DNA of 64,000 bases from Octopus vulgaris (lineage: Eukaryota). Below are positions 42,746-55,454 of this stretch, one piece after another; positions within the stretch are counted from its first letter, which is position 1, and every line of letters starts with the position of its first letter. The stretch lies in assembly GCA_951406725.2 (NCBI GenBank), contig OX597821.1, positions 58,280,001 to 58,344,000 of the forward strand, in the 5' to 3' direction. The notes below the pieces were generated by a model. It ran no database searches. It saw only the letters and a list, made by a program, of their open reading frames with translations, and was not told the origin of the DNA. A program made the translations under genes and the position numbers.

Positions 42746-44619
42746 GGTGGTGCTGCTGGTGGTGCTGGTGCTGGTGGTGCTGGTAGTGTAGTGGTGCTGG
42801 TGGTGATGATAAAGGAGAAATACATTGTGCTGCACCTTGAGCAAGTATCTTGAGTTCACCAAAGACTGATGAGTGAAACTTGATAAAATTATGTGAAATT
42901 AATTAGTAATTTGATAAACAGGGGGACTGTTCCTTTTAATTGGATAACAGTCTTAATCTCTCACCCTATTTTAACATCCTCACTTAGAAGTTCAGTGCCA
43001 TAAACAGAGATAATCTGTTACAACATTCAGACTAGGTTTCCTGTCTGATGATCTGTATTTTTCGATATTACCATTTCAGAACTTGTGTTATTAATGTCCA
43101 AGTCAAAAATTGCATATGTAAAGCTATTGTTTAGGGAAGTTTTAATTACAAAATTTGGTTCTATCTTCTAATTTTGCAATATTACTCTTGACTTGACTAA
43201 TTAAGATGGTGAGTTGGTAGATTCGTTAGCATGCCAGACAAAACTTTTAACAGCATTTCGTCCTTCTTTACAGTCAAAATTCAAATTCCCTTAAAGTCAA
43301 TTTTGCTTTTCATCCTTTCGGGGTCGATAGAACAAGTACCAGTTGAGCACTGGGGTGGATGAAATCAACTTAGCCACTTCTATGAAATTGCTGGCCTTGT
43401 GCCAAAATTTGAAACCAATACTACTTTTAACTATTGTGTCTCATAGTTTATCAATTTTCTTTAGAAATAAGAATTTAAGTTTTCACTGTGGTTTTGGAAC
43501 TGTTTGTATGAAAAGGATAAATATACTTTCTGTCATTATTCAATACTTTATCAGTCAAATGAAACAAAACCATCTGATCAATCCTCTGATCAACTTGTCT
43601 AGTTTGAATATGCCAAGAATTTTTAATGTTTTAAATTTTTTTTATTAAAAACAATAAAAAAAATTACAAGCTGCCAGTTTCATTAGTATGTCAGACAAAA
43701 TGCTTAACTGCACATCTTCCAGTTTTACATTCCGAGTTCAAATTCCAGAGAGGTCAGCTGTGCCTTTTATCTTTGCAGGGTCAATAAAATAGATACCAGT
43801 TGAGCACTGGTGCCAATGTAATCAACTTGACCCTCCCTTCAAAATTTCTGGCTCTGTGCCAAAAATTAGAAAGATTTTTATTCAGACCACTGAGAGTATT
43901 TTAAGTGGATGGAATAAAGAAACTGAGCTGAAAGTTAGGGTTAAACCTGGTTTCACAATAAGTTAAAGTAGAGGTTAAAGTAAACCTTTGAAGATAAGAA
44001 TCAAATATATGGATAAGACAAAGAACAAGTGTCAGATTATTAAAAATGAATTCACAAGAAGAGTCAAGTAAAATCATCAATCAAAAATCAAATCACAATC
44101 AAAAATAGAAATTGTAGTTGTGGCCAATGCCAGTTCTGCCTGACTAGCTCCCGTGCTGGTGGCACACAATAAGCACGATTCATGCATGGGTCATTGCCAG
44201 TGCCACCTGACTGGCTCCCCATGCCAGTGGCACGTAAAAAGTACTATCCGAACATACTCGATGCTAGCCACCCCCACTACTTGCCCTGACTGGCTCCTGT
44301 GCCAGTAGCACATAAAAAGCACCATCCAAATGTGACCGATGCCAGTGCTGCCTGACTGGTTCCTATGCCGATGGCACGTAAAAAGCACCCACTACACTCT
44401 CGGAGTGGTTGGAATTAGGAAGGGCATCCAACTGTAGAAAAATTGCCAGATCAGATTGGAGCCTAGTGCGGCCTCCTGGTTTGCCAGTCCCCAGTCAAAC
44501 TGTCCAACCCATGCCAGCATGGAAAACGGATGTCAAACGATGATGATGATGATGATGATAAGTATCAAAGATATTCTCAAATTCAACATAATGTTTTAAA
44601 ACAAACTTTAACTTAAAAC

Positions 44620-44875
44620 TCTCTTATCCATCCATCTGTCCCTTATAATTGCTCCCTGTTTCTTGGACAGCCATGGGAATATAGTTCTCAGGCACCACCT
44701 CCAAAAAGTAACATCATTAGACTTTCTTGCGAGATTCTCAAGCATGACCAACTGAGAATATGGATGCTATCCAATCTTCTCATTCCCGGTCTACTCCTAG
44801 GTCTCTCCTGCCAGTTTGGCTTGGCTTGAAGAATCTTTTTTGCGATTCTTACTTGTAGCATTCTAATCATATCTT
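44620..44875 (-). mobile_element. Decayed LINE C-terminal fragment (RTE/Rex3-like)
   Basis: Peptide RIAKKILQAKP..ERPRSRPGMRRLDSIHILSWSCLRI resembles the GKRPRGRPRTRW.D.I..L.W..LGI end of RTE-group ORFs. Confidence 0.5.
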
Positions 44876-45255
44876 AAATTCACAAGAGTCAAAACAAGAA
44901 CATACTGCTTTCAAGGTTCAGCTTAAAAATAGTTTAATGTTAACCAATAATCATCTGTGATCAATATTAATAATGGAAACGGTGATTGCAGGAGATTTAT
45001 CATTTAAACTTTAATATATGAAAGTAATATGCAAAACGAAAATACTAGTTCTTTATTGTTGCAGAAAATATTGAGTGCTGCTACTGAAGTCACAACATAA
45101 AAGGGGAATGCTTTTTTTTTCTTTTCTTTTTACTTCTAATGTTGGCAGAAAGTATGGGACCTCTACTAAATAAATCTTAACTTCAATCATGTATTTGTAG
45201 AAACAAATGAGCCAAAATTTCATGTCATTAGATCTAGATAAAGACTCCTCTATAT

Positions 45256-45640
45256 AGCATAGGAGTGGCTGTGTGGTAAGTAGCTTGCTTATGAATGACA
45301 TGGTTCCAGGTTCAGTCCCACTGTGTGGCACCTTGGGCAAGTGTCTTCTACAATAGCCTCGGGCCGACCAAAGCCTTGTGAATGGATTTGACAGACGGAA
45401 ACTGAAATAAGCCCATCATATATATGTATATATGTGTGTTTGTGTGTCTATGTTTGTCCCCTCAATATTGCCCGACAACCTTTGCTGGTGTTTTTATGTC
45501 CCCATAACTTAGCGGTTCAGCAAAAGAGACTGATAGAATAAGTACTAGGCTTACAAAGTATAAGTCCTGGGGTCGATTTGCTCGACTAAAGGTGGTGCTC
45601 CAGCATGGCTACAGTCAAATGAAACAAGTAAAAGAGAAAG
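45256..45640 (+). mobile_element. tRNA-derived SINE family A (head GGAGTGGCTGTGTGGTAAG, CR1-like tail)
   Basis: A-box TGGCTGTGTGG, B-box GGTTCAGTCCC, CCTTGGGCAAGT core, internal microsatellite, tail GGTGGTGCTCCAGCATGGC. Other copies: 8768-9171(-), 23781-24173(-), 54478-54822(+), 14935-15125(-), interrupted 57691-58900(-). Confidence 0.85.
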
Positions 45641-47617
45641 AGTATAGTTGATCAACCTGTTAGAAATAACAGGCCAAAACCTCATCAAATTAACCCCTGC
45701 TGTTTGGTAGAATAGTAAAACACATTGGATGGTGTGGTTCTAAACAAATTAACACTGAAAGGGACAGAGTAGTGATTCCTGGAATACTTTTGTTGATTTG
45801 ATCATGGTTTTTTTTGCTCAATAAGAATCTTGAGAGTTAAACAACAACAACCGAACATCAAATATGTATAATGTATGGATTAAACTGGCTGAGACTTAAC
45901 TCTATTCCTCCTAACCTTTATACTAATTACACTACTTGAAGACATACACTTAAATAACATCATTCACATTACAGTTACCAAGCAATTCAGTTTTTAATAC
46001 TATGGTATATTAAGAATCTATGTCTCAACAATGTTGGTATTCTAGCAACCTGGAAAACGTTATCCTTTATAGATAAACATTTACAACACCTGACTGGAAG
46101 TGAGATAAATTTTCACAATATCTACTGCTTCAAACCTATTAATATCTAAAGACAACCTATTCGTATATGAAGGACAACTAGTTCATTAGTGTCTATCAAA
46201 CATTTCTAATATAAATGCAGCATATCAATAATGAAAAGAAAACAAACTTGGAAAGTCTCTTATTCTTTACAAATGTCAAAAGTGACATCTTACATTAACC
46301 AATGTAAAATGTCATGCTTAAGATTTACTGTTTCTTCTAAGACATAAGAAAAAAACCACAAGCAGAAAAAATATGAGCTTGTCTTTTATTATCAGATTGT
46401 TATGAATAAATAGCTTTCACTTACTCAACTTGGAGACTCACTAATAAGCTTTAAGAACATGGCTTGTATCAGTAACTATTTAGTGATTGTATTTAAGCTG
46501 TATTGACAAGAAACACCATCCACTATCCCTATAACTATACATCTTCAAGCAAGCAAACACTGCAACATGTTTCCATGTCTGTATGGCCTGCCATATTTAT
46601 CTTTCTCGCTACAGTCAATGTAACAGAAAGTAGGCAGCTCCTTTATTTCATAGTTGAATGGTTGGTATTTGAAAGGGCATCTAAGTCTGAACATGCACTA
46701 CTTCTATGTTTACCTTCCTGTAACTAAAGGGTACACTCTGGCATTTCTTCACCATTTTTTCTCCTTTTCCACCTGAAAAAACCATTTATCTTCTTTACTG
46801 CAAGATAACTGTTTCTGTCGCTTCTATCTTAGTTTAACCTCTCAACACCTGGCACAAAGCTACCTCCCTCAATACTACTCGTCTCAATCAGTTGAGGTGG
46901 TCTTCTTTTGTGACTTATAAGGTGACCTCACTGATGCTGGTGCCACATAAAAGGCATCCAGTACATTCCATAAGGTGGCTGGCATTAGGAAGGGCATCAA
47001 GCTGTAGAAACCATGCCAAACCAGTCAATGGTGCAAACCTCTGGCTGATTACCTCCTGTCAAGCTGTTCAATCCATGCCAGTGCAGAAAACAGAAATTAA
47101 ATGATTATGATGATGATGATTATCATCATCATCATCATCATCATGACGACAACAATAACGATGACAACGATGACAGTGATGATGAGGAGGAGGCTGAGGA
47201 TGATGAAGAAAAAGATGGCATGATCACAAGTGGAACACCTTTGATCTGAGAAGTCTGTTTAGACCTGGATCTAAACAACATGTTGGCCTGGGTATGGAGG
47301 ACCTGAGTGTATGATGGCCCAAGCTATGTTACAAGGTTGCTTGATCCATCATAGATTCAGGTCCTCCATACTAAGGCTTTGGTCAACTCAGAGCTATAGG
47401 AAAAGATATTTGCTCAAGGTGCTACACAGCATGACTGAACCTGAAACCACATGGTTGGGAAGTGAACTTCTTTATCCAAGAGTCACTACTGTAATTATTA
47501 TTTAAAAAGTAAAACCAAAAAATAATTGCACACAGTTGTAATGTAGTTCAAGTTGTTACCCCTCAAAGTAAAATGAAAAATGCTCAAAGCCAGAATCCTC
47601 AAATATGAGGATAACTT

Positions 47618-47885
47618 ATGATTGAATATATGATAACTCTATATAACTGTATATATGATACTGAATATATGATAACTCTATCTAACTGTATATATGATAT
47701 TGAATATATAACTCTATATAACTGTATATATGATATTGAATATATGATAACTCTATATAACTGTATATATGATATTGAATATATGATAACTCTATATAAC
47801 TGTTATATATGATATTGAATATATGATAACTCTATATAACTGTATTTATGATAGTGAATATATGATAACTCTATATAACTGTATC
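47618..47885. repeat. 39-bp AT-rich minisatellite, about 7 units
   Basis: Unit gatattgaatatatgataactctatataactgtatatat. Confidence 0.9.
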
Positions 47886-48976
47886 TGTATATAGAGAAGT
47901 CTTGCTTCTCATTCAATGTACTGGATGTTCAACAACAACTTTTGTGTACCCAGCATTTACGTTATGTTCATAATAACCTTGTGTTGTTATCTGCTCCTTT
48001 ACCACATAATGAGCAAGGCCACTCCTCAATCTCAAATGAAAATTGCAAATCAAAGGAGATAAAATATGATTCAGTAATGTACAACTATTCACATTTGTTT
48101 TGCACTAAGGTGTTTAACACTAAAGTATTCAACAACTGTTGTGTCGGAGAGTAATACTCAACATGTCTTTTAACAAAAACATTTATAATGGTGTAGGGTT
48201 AAGTGACAAGATTTGTGTAAAAACAGGAAAAAAAAACATAAGTCAATTTGATATACTAAGTGAATATATTCTTTTCTACTCTAGGCACAAGGCCTGAAAT
48301 TTTGTGGGAGGAGGCCAGTTGATTAGATCAATCCCAGTACGCAACTGGTACTTAATTTATCGACCCCGAAAGGATGAAAGGCAAAGTCGACCTCGACAGA
48401 ATTTGAACTCAGAATGTAAAGACAGACGAAATACCATTAAGCATTTCACCTGACATGCTAACATTTCTTATTTCTTTACTGCCCACAAGGGGCTATGCTA
48501 ACATTTCTGCCAGCTCGCCACCTTACAGAGTGAATACACTGGCTTGACACTCAATGAAACTTTTAGATGGAAAAATAATGCCAACCACTCCAACAGTGTA
48601 GTGAATGCTTTTTACATGTACAGGGGCCAGAGGGGGCTGGCATCAACCACGTTTGGATGGTGCTTTTTATGTGCCACCAGCAAAGGAGCCAGAGGGGGCT
48701 AGGGAACCAGAGGGGGCTGGGAGCCAGAGGGAGCTTATATAAATCCATGAGATGCAACAGATAATGCAAAAGATATTACTTTCATTTCTATAGAAATTCT
48801 TACATGTCCCCCCACCCCATCACTGTCTACAAAGGCTAGAATTTACTGCCACAGAATTCCAATTGACCAACCTTTAAGAAAATTTGGTAGGTTATATCTT
48901 GCAGAGCTAAAACGTGCTCTTAACAAATATATTCCAAGTGCAACATATACATTTATCCATTATTTAATGGGTAAAT

Positions 48977-49306
48977 GTTGAAGGTGCATGGCTAAGTGGT
49001 TACAGCATCTAGCTTACAATTGTGAGGTTGTGAGTTTGATTCCCGGACCAGGCTGCATAGTGTTCTTGAGCAAGACACTTTATTTCATGTTGCCCCAGCT
49101 GTAGAAAGGAGTTGCAACGTCCCTGGTGCCAAGCTATATCGGCCACTTTCCCTTGGATAACATCGGTGATATGGAGAGGAGGAGGCTCGTATGCATGGGC
49201 TATTGCTGGCCTTCCATAAACAGTCTTGCCTGGACTTGTGCTTTGGAGGGTAACTTCCCACATGCAATCCCATGGTCATTCATGACTAAAGGGGGTCACC
49301 CACCTT
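48977..49306 (+). mobile_element. tRNA-derived SINE family C (head GAAGGTGCATGGCT.AGTGGTTA)
   Basis: Pol III boxes, TTCTTGAGCAAGACACTT core, 14-bp target duplication tttaatgggtaaat (48963-48976, 49307-49320). Homologue at 2343-2668(-); same head with other tails at about 250-538, 6665-6960, 30910-31160 and 61090-61340. Confidence 0.85.
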
Positions 49307-49938
49307 TTTAATGGGTAAATATATATGTACTTTAGTTGAAAAAAGTTTAAGGACTTTGGTGAAAACAAAGGGTAGCTATTTTGAATTATCTTTTATCTTT
49401 TCTCTTTTACTTGTTTTGGTCATTAGATTGTGGCCATGCTGGAGTACCACCTTGAAGAATTTCTTTAGTCAAATGAATTGACACCAGTATTAATTTATTT
49501 TTAAAGCCTGGTACTTATTCTATCAGTCTTTTTGCCAAACCGCTAAGCTACAGGGATGTATACACACCAACACCAGTTGTGAAGTTATGGTGGGGACAAA
49601 CACAGACACATACACACACACACACACATACACACACTACTTTTTCTACCTAGAATGTATGGAAAGAAAGAATGTGATAGGAAGAGTAATAGACAAAACT
49701 AGAACATAACCATATATCAATCATGCCAGATGAAACAGGTGTAGATTTTTTTGTGACTGGATGTGATTAATATATCAGTTGTGTTATACAGGAAAGAAAG
49801 AAACAACAGTAGTAACATGTAAAGCGAAAACAAAAATGATTCCTTTTGCCAGCAACACAAAGCCATTATATGATCAAGGAATTACATGTTTTAAGCTACA
49901 GAAGTAAAATAATAAATCAATCCAAATTGAAATCTTAC

Positions 49939-51361
49939 CTTCATGAAATCCATTCCACATTCAGGGCAAATATGAGGTCGTGTACCAGAATGAGTAATCA
50001 TATGATCCTTTAATTGACTTGGATATCGGAATATTTTTGTGCATATTTTACAAGTTAAGTCGTCCCGGTGCTCATGCTTCACCTGATGTTGTCGGAGAAG
50101 TCGCTGACTAGAAAAGTCCTCTCCACAGTCGTGACATTTGTCCCGACCAAGATCATGTTTCTCTTTGTGCACTCGTAGCTCACTTGGGTAAGCAAAGCCA
50201 CGATTACATTTATCACACAAGTGAGGTTTACTGTCCAAGTGCACAGCTTGATGCCGTTTCAGATGAGAAATCTGTGTGAAACCTTTCTTACATATTTGAC
50301 ATACATGAGGTTTAATGTTCTCATGGGTCAGCATATGTGTATTTAGATGGCTCAACTGCTTGAAATACTTATGACAGATCATACATAAGTGGGGTTTAAT
50401 ACCCTGATGGTCAAGAATATGGGTCACCAAGTTATGTTTTGTAGTGTAGGATTTTGGACAATGACAGCACTGCCATCGCTTTTGCTCACCATGGAGAACA
50501 CACTGAGAATCATCGATGCGGATCTCTACTTCTGTCCGATCTAATTCTTCTTTGATGTCCTTAGTTTCAATGTTTTCCACTGATAGTGGAGCAGGAGTGG
50601 CTGGAGGTGCTGGGGAGCCAAGATTGCTAAGGTTGGGTAGAACAGACGGAGGTTTAAGCGTGTACAAATTGGACTCTTGGTTATCCTCAAGGGATAAGTC
50701 CCCACCATCATCTCTTTTGTCCTCACCACTATCTACATCGCTGCCTTCAGACTCAGCAATATCACTGCAGTCAGAATGTTTCCGCTTCACTGAAGCAGAC
50801 GTTGTCTCTCCTGACCATTGAGACACGGATGGCAGACCTCCAGACGCAAGGTTGCTATTTGTTGTATTAGTTTTAGCTTGGGCTGCCAGTGGCACCTTGC
50901 GATTATTCCGGATTGAAACAGTCACAAAGGTGGCGCTGTCAACAACTGTGGTTGTGACGACTGCTTTTGCCGCAGACTCCATGAAATTCATTGCCTGTTT
51001 CTGACGAGGGCTTTTACGGGCATTAGCTGATGCTTCAAGGGGGAGTGTTGGGGTAATTTGGGGACAAGGGGAGAGAAGGGGTTGCTGCACAGTAACAACT
51101 GTACTAGCAACTTGAGGCTGAGGTTGACCAGGAGATGGTTGAATCTGTTGATGAATCTGCTGTGGTACTATATGAGATTGTGGCTGCGGCTGCTGTTGCT
51201 GCTGTTGCTGTTGTTGTTGCTGCTGTTGCAGTTGCTGAGATGCTTGCTGCACTTGCTGCGTAAACTGTGCTAAATTATCTTGTTGCTGTTGTATTTGTGT
51301 TTGTGCATCTGCAAATATTAACATGTTTAATTGCAACTGAGGCTGGGGCTGGGCTACCACC

Positions 51362-51409
<48 letters not shown>

Positions 51410-51620
51410 GGTGGCTGCTGCTGTTGCTGCTGTTGGCCAGAGGCTTGCAGTTGTTGAAAATCAGTCTGTTGGGGCTGTAATTGTCGGAATTGTGCCCCTT
51501 GAAATTGTTCTGGTGTAAATGACTGAAACTGCTGAAGTGTTTGTTGTGTTGGTTGTTGTATCGAAACCTGCTGAGGTTGTTGCACAGTTTGAATTTGTTG
51601 TACAGATTGCTGCAGAGTTA

Positions 51621-51659
<39 letters not shown>

Positions 51660-51724
51660 GCTGTTGCTGTTGCTGCTGTTGTTGTTGTTGTTGTTGCTGT
51701 TGTTGTTGTTGTTGTTGTTGTTGC

Positions 51725-51776
<52 letters not shown>

Positions 51777-53545
51777 GCTGAAGTAAAAGCTGAAAATCTG
51801 CAGGCTGGCTCTGAGTATCATCCACTCTCTTGTCTGCTGGCTCTTGCTTCACCTTCTCACTGTCACATGACACAAACTCAAGATGTTCCTTACTCAAAAG
51901 ATCAAAAGAAATAGGCATTGCATGAGATTTCATCAAAATACCATCAACAGTTGGCTGCCGGTCAAACGTTAGCGGAAGATCAGCAATTGCAGATTCCATT
52001 TCCGGAGGGGCGTCGTGATATGGAAAGTTATCCATACAAGTCGCTTTTCCTTCCAATGCACCCATTACAAAAAACTGAACTCCTTTAGACTTCTCATTAC
52101 TGTTAGTTTGGTTAGCCATCACAGGTGCTTGGCCAGTGGCATCCACATAAAGTGGAGCAGCATCTGGCTTTGCTACCATGGTCAGCTGAGATGGAGCAAC
52201 AATGACAATTTCTTTTTTGGCTGCACTATTTTTAACTGAGTTTCTTGTGCAAGGTTTTGAAACCTGGTCAGATATAGCAATCTTCTGAGTTTGTTTGCAT
52301 GTCTTTTCTATCATTTTATTGAGGTTACCAGCAGATATTTGATGAACAGCATTTGAAGACAGCGTAGACTGCTGTTGTAAAGACGGCTGAGAGAATTTAC
52401 ATTTTAACTTAGAAATACTTTGCTCACAGATTTCACCTAGCTTATCAGCTTTCAAGACTTTGTTCTTGTTAGAATTATCTGGATGTTCCATAGTTATCTT
52501 ACCATGAGATATTTTAGATACCTTTGTAAGACAGTCTTCATTGGTAACATTTGAGCTCATCTGACCACCCATGCAAACAGACAAAGAGACAACAGAAGAA
52601 GAGGATCTAGATTTAGTGTTATTTGGATAAGGGGATGAAATTGATATCGGAGACTGAGCAGGGCTTGTTGATAAAGAAGGTGAACATGACAGCTGAGAGA
52701 CCGACCCATCTGTGACAGTCCCCTGTGAAGTGATCACCTTTGATGTTCCAGCAGGAAGATGCTGAATCACAGTTTGATGGTGTAGCTGCTGCTGTTGCTG
52801 CTGCTGCTGCTGTGTATTACGGCCAGCATAGTAGTTTGTAAAATTAGGTGAAACAGACTGGAAGCTGTCAACTTGTGATGGTGTGCTGGAAACAGGAATG
52901 TTGGTAGTTGTCAGCATGGTGGCATTGGTGTTATTGGTCTGGACAGGTAATGATGTAGAGGATGTTGATGTTAGCTGTTCAATTGAAGATTGAGCAACAT
53001 TGGGGAACTGGCACTGTAAACCTATCATAGGGTTTGTGGAAGCTGCTGAGGCAACAATTGTGCTAAAGCTTGGTAAACGCTCAATCTTCTCAATGAAGGA
53101 TCCTGGGGCACAGGTATTTAGAGATGTTGAAGGAAGAAAGTGGATTGGATCACTCAGACTGGTGATATTTGGTAGCCCTGTTGTTATATATGACTGTTTC
53201 CCAGATGTAACAATTTGGTTAACATCTGAAGTTGTAAAATTGGCAGCAGAACCTACATTGATACCATTAGCATAAGTTCCTGGTAAACGAGACAGCTCAA
53301 ACCCATTACTGGCACGACTATTAGTTCTTGTAGCAGAAGACTGGCCTTGAGAATTAAAAATCTGTTCAGTGGGTACTGTTGCCTGACGCATTGTTGTGTA
53401 TGTCTGCGTCGACTGCAGCATATTGGGTTGAGGGTTGCTCGGCATACTAGCAGAGGGCTGGATTGCTATTGTTAATGTATTAATGGGGCAAAAAATTTGC
53501 TGGGAACTTGTATTCTCCATTCCTCCAACCAAAGTGCCAAGACAT
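49939..53545 (-). CDS. ZNF710: ZNF710/ZNF366-family C2H2 zinc-finger protein, large first identifiable coding exon (S/T- and Q-rich N-terminus, fingers 1-6, first half of finger 7)
   Basis: Within the 1244-aa ORF 49891..53625. Acceptor ttttttcag| ends at 53546; ATG of MENT at 53520 in GGAATGG context; donor AAG|GTAAG at 49938. IRIDDS..QKRWQC..KSYTTKHNLVTHIL.H.GIKPH..FKQLSHL..FTQISHLKRH..RGFAYPSEL matches the ZNF710/ZNF366 finger array as I recall it. Confidence 0.9.
51622..51780 (-). repeat. Coding (CAA)n/(CAG) repeat encoding 53 consecutive Gln
   Basis: 159 nt of ttg/ctg triplets on the + strand, in frame with the ZNF ORF; a further 16-Gln run at 51361-51408. Confidence 0.95.
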
Positions 53546-53671
53546 CTGAAAAAAAGAAAAAGAAAACAATAATAATTAAAAAATATCATTATAAGAGTGA
53601 AAACTGAAGAAGTACAGTATTTCAATATTAATTAATATACAGATCTTTATGGTTCCAAATAGTGAATAATT

Positions 53672-54028
53672 TACCATATTTGAAGGTATATAAGAAGAAC
53701 TTTTTTCCCCAAAAGATGTCTCAAGACAACCATCCTGGGTCCTATATACAGAGTTGGACCTCCCCTAAGCTAATTTTGTCCCTGGTACTAACTCCCAGAG
53801 GCTAACTTTAATCCAGACAGTTTTGTCTACCTTATCTGACTCCATAATAATAACATTTACTAAAACAATTATTATTACTTGTACTGTAATGATTTGTAAT
53901 GCACTGCTAGATTGCTTTAAATATTACATGCTTTAATGCACAAAAAAACTTCATTTCCTCAATATGTGCTGCTGAAACTAGGGTGCATCTAATACATCCA
54001 TGCACCTTTTATGCCATCAAATGTGGTA
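53672..54028. mobile_element. Tc1/mariner-type MITE with TACCATATTTGA termini
   Basis: taccatatttgaaggtatataaga ... cttttatgccatcaaatgtggta. Related copies at about 1294-1488, 27797-27960 and 35115-35330. Confidence 0.7.
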
Positions 54029-55233
54029 TTACATGGGTATGTGCATGGGCTATGTATAAGTGCAGCTGTGTTGCTAATATATATGCATAAATATGTGTGT
54101 GTTTGTCACTCGCACTTTCACAAAACACTAACTATTCACTTGGCCACACTAACACTTACTTTCCAAGAACATGTCATAAATTATTATGCTCCACACAATA
54201 ATCCTTCTCCAAGATACTGATTTGGGACCAACATCAGTTTTAAAGGGTTTAAAGGATGTGAAATACTTTACCTGAAAATAATATTACAGAATCTATTCAA
54301 AGCAATATTCTAGAATCTACCCAACATCACATACAAGGCATATAAAACATTACACATATTACATGTATAAGTGTGTGCTTGTGTCTGTATGCATGCATGC
54401 AGGCATGCTCAGACACACACACACATAATGTACGTGCATACACACACACACACATACATACAATAATATATGTAACCCATACTGCATGGCACCTTGGACA
54501 AGTGTCTTCTACTATAGCCTTGGGCCAACCAAAGCCTTGTGAGTGGATTTGGCAGATGGAAACTGAAAGAAGCCCGTCGTATATAAATGTGGGTGTGTGT
54601 GTGTGTGTGCGTGTGCGCTTGTGTGTCTGTGTCTGTCCCCCACCCTACCATCACTTGACAATTGATGCTGGTGCATTTATGTCCCCATATCTTAGCAGTT
54701 CAGCAAAAGAGACTGATAGAATAAATACTAGGCTTACAAAGGATAAGTCCTGGGGTCGATTTGCTCGACTAAAGGTGGTGCTCCAGCATGGCCACAGTCA
54801 AATGACTGAAACAAGTAAAAGAATGTATATATGTATGTCTATACACTAATTTTGTTTTGCAGCATTTCAAAGAGCAGCCTCCAACTTCTGATGTATACAT
54901 TAAAGTGGGGGAGGGAGTGCTGATACATTGTGCTGAACAAAGGAAGGTGAAGTGTTCAATACGTGTTGTAAACAATATGATTTTCTGTTTTTATTGCAAC
55001 TGAAACTGAAGCAGTGAAACAAAATCCTCAGTTTCATCAGCATGACCACAGCCTTAAGGTTGAAACATATAAAAGAATATATACACATATATTTATACAG
55101 AAGAGACATGTAGAAGGGAAAGGAAGAAATATGTGGTTTATAAGGTATTTAGCTCTTCATTACTTAAAGTTTTGTGAGCAGAGAACACATCAATATACTC
55201 AGACCTATGGAGTCAAAGTAGAAGGAATTTTAA

Positions 55234-55454
55234 CCATTTTGTTACTGTATTTATTTTGAGATGCTCTGTGTTTCTTTCAATTACTTTAAATATAACAAAG
55301 AATTTAGTAAAATAACTTAGTTATCATTATGCTAGTGTTAGGAACATAAATTGTAACTAAGGTTTGGGGGAAGATTTTAATTCAGAACTTATGGAAACAA
55401 GACATTTGTACTACAGAGCCATAAATGGTTTCAACTGGGTTGGTAACGAAAGGG
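55234..55454. mobile_element. piggyBac-type MITE, second copy in opposite orientation
   Basis: Reverse-complement homologue of 3476-3696; TTAA at 55230-55233 and 55455-55458. Confidence 0.85.

Noticed and set aside
53546-53625. N-terminal extension MKYCTSSVF... of the 1244-aa ORF
   Set aside because: It is the polypyrimidine tract and acceptor of the upstream intron. Likewise 49891-49938 is read-through past the donor.
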